Shown here one piece after another: positions 1 through 5,959 of a DNA stretch of 26,841 nt (its first letter is position 1; every line of letters starts with the position of its first letter). The position numbers and the translations under genes were made by a program. The stretch covers positions 1-26,841 of IMG/VR virus record IMGVR_UViG_3300010376_000113; one strand, given 5' to 3'. Below the pieces are notes generated by a model. It was not told the DNA's origin and ran no database searches. It saw only the letters and a list, made by a program, of their open reading frames with translations. The stretch is from a virus (Duplodnaviria > Caudoviricetes).

Positions 1-340
1 CCTTTGGTCGCGCGTGGTTGCATAGGTCCTCTGCAGATTTTGCATAGGTGGATGTCGTGGATTGCATAGGTACCTCTGCAACGGTTGCAGGGGTCAGCAT
101 CCAGATCGACGCCATACCCGCCGACTTATCCACAGCCAGGTAGCCGGCTTTCACGACGCCGTTCAGCGCCGACCAGGCGGTGCGGTAGCTCACCCCCATG
201 TCCGCCGCCACCCGCGAAATCGACACTGTCGCCATCCCGGTATACCGATCGGCGCGGCAAGCCACCACCAGCAGAGCGTGCTTCGCCGAGGCTTCAAGAT
301 CGTTGAGTTGCAGCACGGCCATAACCGCCCGGATGTTCAC
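1..340 (-). CDS. Replication initiator, N-terminal winged-HTH (partial, runs off window; missing from ORF track)
   Basis: GTG at 340 overlaps the TGA of 337..648 (GTGA). Open to the edge: MNIRAVMAVLQLNDLEASAKHALLVVACRADRYTGMATVSISRVAADMGVSYRTAWSALNGVVKAGYL..., a typical phage initiator wHTH followed by a linker carrying repeats. Confidence 0.75.
   Translation of the reverse strand, partial: MNIRAVMAVLQLNDLEASAKHALLVVACRADRYTGMATVSISRVAADMGVSYRTAWSALNGVVKAGYLAVDKSAGMASIWMLTPATVAEVPMQSTTSTYAKSAEDLCNHARPK
18..94. repeat. Iteron-like direct repeats (putative phage origin inside the initiator gene)
   Basis: TTGCATAGGT at 18, 40 and 62 (22-bp period), a degenerate TTGCAGGGGT at 85, and CCTCTGCA at 28 and 73. 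Confidence 0.8.
126..134 (+). promoter_or_regulatory. Perfect DnaA box
   Basis: TTATCCACA, about 30 bp from the iteron array. Confidence 0.6.
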
Positions 341-648
341 CACAGGCTCGTCTGGTGGCCGTTCAAATGCAGCCGGACCCGCAGGATCTCCACCGCGGCC
401 GGATCCGCGGTGCGGGACCTGGGCCCTTTGAGCAGGCTGCGGGACCGGTTCATCACCGTAGCGATCTGGGGCCAGGACAGCCGGCTTTCCTCGTGGAGAA
501 GCTGGTAGGCGGCGCGGCGGGCCTCGACCCAGACGGGATGCTGGCGGTGGGATATCAGGTCGGGCAGGGTCAGCCCGTAGGCGTCGGCGACTACCTCGAG
601 GACCTGAGCTGGGGGGACGGGGAACGGGTGGGTTGGGTCATCGGTCAT
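337..648 (-). CDS. Stand-alone DnaA C-terminal (domain IV)-like HTH protein
   Basis: VLEVVADAYGLTLPDLISHRQ...VEARRAAYQLLHEESRLSWPQIATVMNR follows the Bac_DnaA_C pattern; RBS-like GAGGGG upstream. Confidence 0.7.
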   Translation of the reverse strand: MTDDPTHPFPVPPAQVLEVVADAYGLTLPDLISHRQHPVWVEARRAAYQLLHEESRLSWPQIATVMNRSRSLLKGPRSRTADPAAVEILRVRLHLNGHQTSLW

Positions 649-704
649 CAGGCCCCTCGGTCAGTTGTCCAGGGTCCGCCCTCTGGATGTGAAGGCGGGC
701 TGTT

Positions 705-1520
705 TTAGCGGAGAGTACGGACGATGTCGTCCAGGTCTTTTGGGCGCCACAGGAACACTTCGACGCCGGGTATTTCGGCTAGCAGGGTGAGCCAGTGCTG
801 CTGGTGGTGTGACAGTTTGCCGGTGGCCGATTTGAGTTCGGCGAACACCAGGCGGGGCGGCCGGCATAGGGCCAGATCCGGGAATCCGGCACCGTCGCCG
901 GACACGGCGGTGCGCCAGCCGTGCTCGGTCCGGGCCGGCCGGAAGTGCGCTCGTTGCCAGCCGAAGAGTTTGGACAGGTCGAGGACGTAGGCCAGCAGGT
1001 CGTCTTCGGTCGGCTGGAGGCTCGCCAGCGACAGTCCTTTTGCGATGCGGGACGCGATGGCACGCCTCCTCTGTCGGCACGGTTGGCAGTAGACGATCTC
1101 GCCGCCTCGCCGCCGGTAGGCAACCTCGCGGGGATGGCCGGCGACGCACACGCCGAGACGGTGGATGGCCATGCCAGGCGACTCACCGCGGCGGGTGTTC
1201 TCGGCGGCTGACACCAGCTCAAGATGGGATGGGTTGCAGCAGATCCGGTTACGGCACAGGTGGTCGACCTGCAGCCCGGTTGGGATCTCGCCGTAGGCCA
1301 TGGCCATGACAACCCGGTGGGTGTATTCGACGCCCCGACTGCGGCCTAGGTTGATGCGTCCGTAGCCGGCGCCGGCCAGCTGCGATCCGGTCCATTCCCA
1401 GCAGCCGTCGGCGTTGACGACGATCTTGGGTACCATCCGCCGGGCCACCCGTTCCCATCCCGGGACAGCAGCCAAATCTCCGACATGGATCAAGTCGCGG
1501 ATCTTGCGGGGTGTGGTCAC
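705..1520 (-). CDS. HNH endonuclease fused to a VRR-NUC (PD-(D/E)xK) nuclease domain
   Basis: CWEWTG...GYG...HRV...VDHLCRNRICCNPSHLE..N (HNH), then CxxGH...CxxC, then TEDDL...GFPDL...FAELK..TGKLS..QQHWL (VRR-NUC). Confidence 0.85.
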   Translation of the reverse strand: MTTPRKIRDLIHVGDLAAVPGWERVARRMVPKIVVNADGCWEWTGSQLAGAGYGRINLGRSRGVEYTHRVVMAMAYGEIPTGLQVDHLCRNRICCNPSHLELVSAAENTRRGESPGMAIHRLGVCVAGHPREVAYRRRGGEIVYCQPCRQRRRAIASRIAKGLSLASLQPTEDDLLAYVLDLSKLFGWQRAHFRPARTEHGWRTAVSGDGAGFPDLALCRPPRLVFAELKSATGKLSHHQQHWLTLLAEIPGVEVFLWRPKDLDDIVRTLR

Positions 1521-1588
1521 GGTCGGGTGGCGGCCCAGTAGACCAGGTAGCCGGCGAGGCAGATGAGCAGGATGGCGGCGAGCGTCAT
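1517..1588 (-). CDS. 23-aa single-TM peptide (MTLAAILLICLAGYLVYWAATRP)
   Basis: Fills the gap exactly, with ATGA and GTGA overlaps to both neighbours; hydrophobic. Confidence 0.65.
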   Translation of the reverse strand: MTLAAILLICLAGYLVYWAATRP

Positions 1589-1794
1589 GGCGGGCAGTCC
1601 CGGGCGGGGCGGTCCATGTCGGGTTTCCAGATGTAGCCGCAGTCGGCGCAGACCATGGCGGTCCGGCCGTGGTAGCGGCCGGTTTGCCAGGTGTGGGCGG
1701 ACAGGTTGTCGTCGGCGAGGCGGCGGCGGACCATCTGGCGGGTGTGCTCTTGCGGATAATTGGGGTTATGCGCGGAATCTGTGCCGCTATTCAC
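1585..1794 (-). CDS. Hypothetical protein with H-x-W...CxxC motif
   Basis: ORF coupled to neighbours; CADCG motif. Confidence 0.6.
   Translation of the reverse strand: MNSGTDSAHNPNYPQEHTRQMVRRRLADDNLSAHTWQTGRYHGRTAMVCADCGYIWKPDMDRPARDCPP
1749..1776. other. dif-like tyrosine-recombinase site 1
   Basis: Minus strand TCCGCGCATAA-CCCCAA-TTATCCGCAAG: 11-6-11 layout with ATAA-N6-TTAT core. Confidence 0.6.
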
Positions 1795-2560
1795 GATCTT
1801 CTTCTTCCTGGCGTCGTAATCGGACCAGCGTGCGCTCCAGCTCGGAGATCCGCTCGGTGCGGCGCTGTCGTTTAGCTGCCTTCTCTTCTTCAGGGCTCAG
1901 CTTTCGGAGCCCGGGAATGACTGGCAGCTTGATCAGCTCGTCGATCTTCGCTCGCTGCTCAGGACTCAACGGCGGGAACCCGCAGCAACGCTGACAATGC
2001 TGGGGGCCGCCGCCCCATGAATGGCCGGCGAATCCGCAGTCGGGATGGTCCCGGCGATATCGCTCGTTCTCGTCAGCCGAACGGTCACCTGTCCACGGCA
2101 CGCCGCAACCGGGGCAAGGCAGCCCGGCTTTCGCTTCCTCGTAGGACATCAGCCGGGCGGGATGCATTCGGCACATGCTGATCATGAATGCCTCTTTGTC
2201 TCGCTCAGCCGCCTCGGTGTCATAGGCGCTCGTCAGCTCTTCTAGCGGCATCCCCAGAACTTCGGCCACAAGTGGCAGTTTGCGCTTGGCCATCATGGGC
2301 CTGTCATGATGAAAAATATTGTTGACGGTCGCAGCGCCCAGCAGCCGTATAGCCTTTTTGCGGTCGAAGTAATCATGGTCGGTAAGGAGATTCGCTGCGT
2401 GGTCGATGAAACAGTCGACAAAGGCCCGGCTGGCGCGGAAGTCGTGTTGTCTGATCCATTGCAGATATTGGGGATGCAGTCGGCCGTTTTCTAAACGCCT
2501 GGGATCATCTAGGCGGGGACGGAACATTCGGGCCAGCTCCGAGGTGCTCTCAGTGGCCAT
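1787..2560 (-). CDS. Hypothetical protein: XRE-like helical segment, Cys/His-rich putative Zn domain, C-terminal coiled coil
   Basis: TVNNIF...LPLVAEVLGMPLEEL; CPGC...H..C...HCQRCC; charged tail; visibly more AT-rich than flanks; start uncertain. Confidence 0.7.
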   Translation of the reverse strand: MATESTSELARMFRPRLDDPRRLENGRLHPQYLQWIRQHDFRASRAFVDCFIDHAANLLTDHDYFDRKKAIRLLGAATVNNIFHHDRPMMAKRKLPLVAEVLGMPLEELTSAYDTEAAERDKEAFMISMCRMHPARLMSYEEAKAGLPCPGCGVPWTGDRSADENERYRRDHPDCGFAGHSWGGGPQHCQRCCGFPPLSPEQRAKIDELIKLPVIPGLRKLSPEEEKAAKRQRRTERISELERTLVRLRRQEEEDRE

Positions 2561-2844
2561 GGCGGCGTTCGAAGTCGTCGAGCATCCGGCGGCTGCGGAA
2601 GGCGAGCCCGAACGCAGATGAGGTCCGGTCGTTCAACGTTGCTCCAGTCGACGGTCTTCAGGTCGCCCAGATTGGGCACGCCAGGCCAGTGTTTCGCCAG
2701 CACCCGACTGGCGTAGGGGTTGATCTCGGATTGCCAGATGACTTTCATCCCGGCCCGTTCGAGGCCGAGGTCAAGTCCGCCGATCCCTGAGCATTCCGAG
2801 CCGACTGTGAGCTGCGGATAATGGGCCTTATGCGGACTAGACAT
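2509..2844 (-). pseudogene. Truncated C5-cytosine DNA methyltransferase (N-terminal motifs only)
   Basis: LTVGSECSGIGGLDLGLERAGMKVIWQSEI...LGDLKTVDW...PDLIC, then diverges before the catalytic GGFPCQ motif. Confidence 0.75.
2811..2838. other. dif-like tyrosine-recombinase site 2
   Basis: Minus strand AGTCCGCATAA-GGCCCA-TTATCCGCAGC, same orientation and core as site 1. Confidence 0.6.
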
Positions 2845-2861
2845 CCTGGCCTGACCCCGAG

Positions 2862-2929
2862 CGCGACAGAAGGCCCCCGTTGGGAGCCTTCTCGTCGTCG
2901 GAACCGCGTGAGCGGGCCGGATCGCAAGT
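2862..2929 (-). ncRNA. Candidate small antisense RNA complementary to the adjacent tRNA
   Basis: 2899-2929 is an inverted copy of tRNA segment 3013-3045; preceded by TGCTACACT and followed by a strong hairpin; ends inferred. Confidence 0.6.
2868..2892 (-). terminator. Terminator-like hairpin
   Basis: AGAAGGCTCCC-AAC-GGGGGCCTTCT (11-bp stem, one G-U); no clear U-tract. Confidence 0.55.
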
Positions 2930-2936
2930 AACGACC

Positions 2937-2945
2937 AGTGTAGCA
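2937..2945 (-). promoter_or_regulatory. Putative extended -10 promoter for the antisense RNA
   Basis: TGC-TACACT; shares CCCT-NN-TACACTG with the element upstream of the tRNA. Confidence 0.5.
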
Positions 2946-2969
2946 GGGACTGTCGCAAGCAGCCCCTGC
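2943..2969 (-). terminator. Hairpin in the tRNA 3' trailer
   Basis: GCAGGGGCTG-CTTGCGA-CAGTCCCTGC (10-bp stem, one G-U). Confidence 0.5.
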
Positions 2970-2984
2970 GGGTTAGTGCTGCGG

Positions 2985-3068
2985 CGGAGCGTGTGGGATT
3001 CGAACCCACGGGACTTGCGATCCGACCGCTTATCAGGCGGTTCCGTTCGGCCTCTCCGGCAACGCTCC
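2985..3068 (-). tRNA. tRNA with anticodon GAU (Ile) on a class II tRNA-Ser-type body; CCA not encoded
   Basis: GGAGCGT-TG-CCG-GAGAGGCCGAA-CGG-A-ACCGC-CTGATAA-GCGGT-C-GGAT-CGCAA-GTCC-C-GTGGG-TTCGAAT-CCCAC-ACGCTCC-G; all stems pair. Confidence 0.92.
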
Positions 3069-3078
3069 GTCACTGAAC

Positions 3079-3084
3079 AGTGTA
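3079..3084 (-). promoter_or_regulatory. Putative -10 element for the tRNA
   Basis: TACACT 10 nt upstream of tRNA G1; no canonical -35. Confidence 0.45.
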
Positions 3085-3101
3085 CTAGGGGGGTGTGACC
3101 G

Positions 3102-3188
3102 TTATCGGGCATGACGTCTAGCCTCCGCGTTGCGGGAGTTGCGCTTACGGCAGACCTTGCAAGAGCGATGCACCCGGTTATCGGTCAT
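3102..3188 (-). CDS. 28-aa basic CxxC peptide, possibly a gene remnant
   Basis: ATGA overlap; MTDNRVHRSCKVCRKRNSRNAEARRHAR. Confidence 0.4.
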   Translation of the reverse strand: MTDNRVHRSCKVCRKRNSRNAEARRHAR

Positions 3189-3751
3189 GGGACCAGCCGC
3201 CCTTGTGTCAGGCAGCGCAGCGGATGCGCCTCGCGGGCCAGGATGTACCGGCCAACGTCGAGCGTGTACCCGTCGGGCGTGCCCGGGCACTCGTGCCAAT
3301 GCCGGCCGTGCATCGAACGCACCTGCTCCCACCACTGCGCCGGGGTGACGTCGACGTACTGGCGGGAGTCGACCGGGGTCAGGCGGCGCACCCGAAAGCT
3401 AACGATGGGATTCTGCGCCTCGAGCTGGCGAATTCGGTGGTTGAGATCGTCGATCTCTTGCTGCACCTCGGGCGACCGGTCGATGCGCCAGGCCACCCCG
3501 AACGCATCGAGGCCGGCGGCGGTAGCGAGTTTCTTGCTGACCTGGACGCCCTTGTCCATGAGATCCTGGCCGACGTCGCGGAATTCCTCGTAGATGGCCA
3601 GCGGGTCCCGGCAGAAGTGGCAGAACTCGGTCCAGTCCCGGTCGGCCACGTCGAGCCGGTGGCCGGTGCGCCGATAGATCTCGGGCAGTTCGTCGCGGTG
3701 AGCGGTCGAGAACGTCAGATCAATGCCGGGATTGCGGCGGTGGCGACTCAT
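3185..3751 (-). CDS. Hypothetical protein, possible PD-(D/E)xK-like nuclease fold with CxxC
   Basis: ATGA overlap with the MTase stop; DVADRDWTEFCHFCRDPLAIYEE pattern; function is inference. Confidence 0.65.
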   Translation of the reverse strand: MSRHRRNPGIDLTFSTAHRDELPEIYRRTGHRLDVADRDWTEFCHFCRDPLAIYEEFRDVGQDLMDKGVQVSKKLATAAGLDAFGVAWRIDRSPEVQQEIDDLNHRIRQLEAQNPIVSFRVRRLTPVDSRQYVDVTPAQWWEQVRSMHGRHWHECPGTPDGYTLDVGRYILAREAHPLRCLTQGRLVP

Positions 3752-4899
3752 CCGATGCGCTCCTTTGCTCGTTTCACGTTGGCGGCGTCGACATCGCAAC
3801 CGATGACATGCCGGCCGAGGGCGTGAGCGGCGGCCAGGGTCGTGCCGGCGCCCATCATCGGATCGCAGACGGTCTGACCGGGCTCGGTGAGCCGCTCGAC
3901 GAGAGTGATGAACCCGTCAAGCCCCTGGCCCCACTCGTGCAGTTCTTTGGCCGCCGCGTTGGTGTCGGCGTTGCGTATCACGTCATCGAAGCGCCGGCCA
4001 CCGCCGTAGACGAGTATCGGTTTCCAGCCGGACTGCACCTGGCGGTAGGTCGAGCTGAACGCCGGGCCGCCCATCAGGTAGCAGGCAGTCCAGCGGTAGG
4101 GGCGAGAGCCTTCGAGCAGCCGGAACGCTTCGGGCAGCCAGGTGTGGCCGTAGAGGATGGCGAGCAGCCCGTCGTCGGTCAGGGTCCGGTGGGCGAACTG
4201 CGCGAGGTCGGCGAGTAGCGGCAGCCATTCCTTGCCGTATGGCGGGTCGGTGATAATCGCGTCAATAGTCGCTGGTTGGACGTCGGATAACGCTTTGCGA
4301 AAGTCGCCGCAGCGCAGATCGATGTTGCGGGGTTCTGTCATCGCATCAACGGTTTTCCTGGCCCGTTCTTGGCGGCGTTCAGCGGCGTTCTGGTCCCGAG
4401 CTAGTCGTCGGGCTCGTCCTTGCGCCAGGCCAGCAACATCGGCCGACTCCCGCTCGAACCACTCGCCTGTGCCATTTGGCGCAGTTCTCTCAGTGTCATC
4501 CTGGTCAGTGGACTTGGCGTTCGAGTCGCCTGTGCCATTTGGCACGGCCACATGATTGTGAACGGTCCTATGCGGCGTACCGGTGGCCTTTCCAATGGCC
4601 CGCGTTGACGCCTGTGGTTGCAGCTCCTTGATGCGTTGGTGGAGCCGTTTCTTCTCGGCCAGGTTGAACGCTGATAGGTCTATTGATCGCAGGAAAAGAT
4701 TCACGTCCGCGTATCCCGGCCCGACCTGCTGCCATCGATCGCCTTCGAGAAGCCATTCCAGTTCCCCGGTCATCCGCTCGAAGCCGTAACCGCTGATGTG
4801 TGCCGACTCAAGCAGGCGGCCGTAGACGATGTTCGGCGCTTCGGCTTGTGAATCCGTGCGCACATTGTCCTGATAAACGGGTGGTTTATCGGTGCTCAC
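3748..4899 (-). CDS. N6-adenine/N4-cytosine DNA methyltransferase (beta class) with N-terminal HTH extension
   Basis: IITDPPY precedes VCDPMMGAGTT; STRAIGKATGTPHRTVHNHV HTH; GTG 4899 overlaps the upstream TGA. Confidence 0.88.
   Translation of the reverse strand: MSTDKPPVYQDNVRTDSQAEAPNIVYGRLLESAHISGYGFERMTGELEWLLEGDRWQQVGPGYADVNLFLRSIDLSAFNLAEKKRLHQRIKELQPQASTRAIGKATGTPHRTVHNHVAVPNGTGDSNAKSTDQDDTERTAPNGTGEWFERESADVAGLAQGRARRLARDQNAAERRQERARKTVDAMTEPRNIDLRCGDFRKALSDVQPATIDAIITDPPYGKEWLPLLADLAQFAHRTLTDDGLLAILYGHTWLPEAFRLLEGSRPYRWTACYLMGGPAFSSTYRQVQSGWKPILVYGGGRRFDDVIRNADTNAAAKELHEWGQGLDGFITLVERLTEPGQTVCDPMMGAGTTLAAAHALGRHVIGCDVDAANVKRAKERIG
4463..4543. repeat. 18-bp in-frame direct repeat in the MTase linker
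   Basis: TCGCCTGTGCCATTTGGC at 4463 and 4526 (encodes PNGTG twice). Confidence 0.8.
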
Positions 4900-5090
4900 T
4901 GTTTCCACATCTTTCGGCTGTTCTCGCGGCGGGAGGTCTCGGCGTGCTCGGCGCAGCAGTACAGCCAGCGGGGCGCCGCGTTCTTGCCGCACCAAATGCA
5001 GGTGCGGGGAATCTTGGCGACTTCTTTGCCGCGGGTTTTGTTGACGCGGTAGTCGTGCAGGTGCTGGGCGACGTCGTTCTCAGTCCTCAT
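4896..5090 (-). CDS. Small Zn-finger protein
   Basis: CIWCG...YCCAEH. Confidence 0.65.
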   Translation of the reverse strand: MRTENDVAQHLHDYRVNKTRGKEVAKIPRTCIWCGKNAAPRWLYCCAEHAETSRRENSRKMWKQ

Positions 5091-5244
5091 AGCGGGCCCC
5101 GCACGAGTAGCAGGTGGCGTTGGCCTGGTCGTACCAGTCGGCCCAGGCGGCGTCGTCCCATTCATTGATCTCGTCGAGCATGTGCTCGGGCGGCTCGTCG
5201 TAGTGCCAGCGGTGGCGGCCGTCGGATTCGGCCGGGCAGCTCAT
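5080..5244 (-). CDS. Small acidic protein with C-terminal CxxC
   Basis: ATGA overlap; MSCPAESDGRHRW...TCYSCG. Confidence 0.6.
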   Translation of the reverse strand: MSCPAESDGRHRWHYDEPPEHMLDEINEWDDAAWADWYDQANATCYSCGARYED

Positions 5245-5732
5245 GGGGCGACCGCCCGGGCCAGGACCGATGCGTCGCGGACGATGGCGATCTCGGCGGC
5301 GGTGAGCCGGCGGAGGCGCCGGGTGCGGGATCGGGATAGGACTAGCGGTTTGAGGAGGGCGCGGACGGCGTCGCTCGCGGCGAGGAGGTCGAGGCCGCCT
5401 TGGGTGGGGTCGACGTCTGCGGCGTCGAGGTTCTGCCAGGGGTTGGCGGGCCGCCACGGGTTGTATGTGCGGTAGCGGGTGCGGGGGGTCATTTCGCCGG
5501 TGTCGGGGTCGACGTAGGTGTAGTGGTCGATGTCGACGACGATGCCGACGGGGTCGAGGGGCTGCCAGCGGGAGTAGAGGATCCAGCCGGGGGTGATGGT
5601 GCCGGTGCCGGCTCTAGCACCCGTGCGTGTTCCTCCTTGCTGGTGTGGGGTTCCGGCACCGGCGGAGAGTTGGGCGGCGTGTTGGCGGGCAGCGGCGAAG
5701 GCCTGGTCGTCGTCGGCGTTGGTGTAGGTCAC
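5241..5732 (-). CDS. Hypothetical protein
   Basis: GTGA-coupled start at 5732; coding-like C-terminal part of track ORF 5241..6767. Confidence 0.65.
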   Translation of the reverse strand: MTYTNADDDQAFAAARQHAAQLSAGAGTPHQQGGTRTGARAGTGTITPGWILYSRWQPLDPVGIVVDIDHYTYVDPDTGEMTPRTRYRTYNPWRPANPWQNLDAADVDPTQGGLDLLAASDAVRALLKPLVLSRSRTRRLRRLTAAEIAIVRDASVLARAVAP

Positions 5733-5959
5733 GACGGCACGTTCAATGTGGCCGCGATCCGTTTCTCCAGCCATCGCTCCACGTCGCTGTTCAGGTAGGC
5801 GATCTTGCGCGGCCCGAGGCGGAAATACGCAGGTCCCTGGCCGTTTCTGCGCCAGTAGGCGAGGGTGTTCACCGACACCGACAACCGTTTCGCAAGGTCG
5901 GCCTGGAGGATCACATCGGCGGGGTCGATAACGCGCCCCGAGTCGGCGTTCGGGGTCAT
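5729..5959 (-). CDS. AlpA/excisionase-family HTH protein
   Basis: DLAKRLSVSVNTLAYWRRNGQGPAYFRLGPRKIAYLNSDVERWL. Confidence 0.85.
   Translation of the reverse strand: MTPNADSGRVIDPADVILQADLAKRLSVSVNTLAYWRRNGQGPAYFRLGPRKIAYLNSDVERWLEKRIAATLNVPS

Noticed and set aside
18-94. CRISPR array
   Set aside because: Repeats are 10 bp with 12-bp gaps inside a CDS; no cas genes
3029-3037. Reading the anticodon as UGA (ordinary tRNA-Ser)
   Set aside because: The 5-bp stem ACCGC/GCGGT fixes a 7-nt loop with U33, so positions 34-36 are GAU; UGA would need C33 and an off-centre loop
2985-3068. tRNA as an attP/attL remnant
   Set aside because: It is complete, has a -10 element and lies 5 kb from the integrase; the duplicated piece is inverted and central, not a direct 3'-end repeat
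2745-3112. ORFs crossing the tRNA region (upstream part of 2509..3009, 2837..3112, 2745..2927, 2880..3098)
   Set aside because: They translate tRNA and hairpin sequence (e.g. GSNPT, WDSNP); the region is better explained as RNA genes
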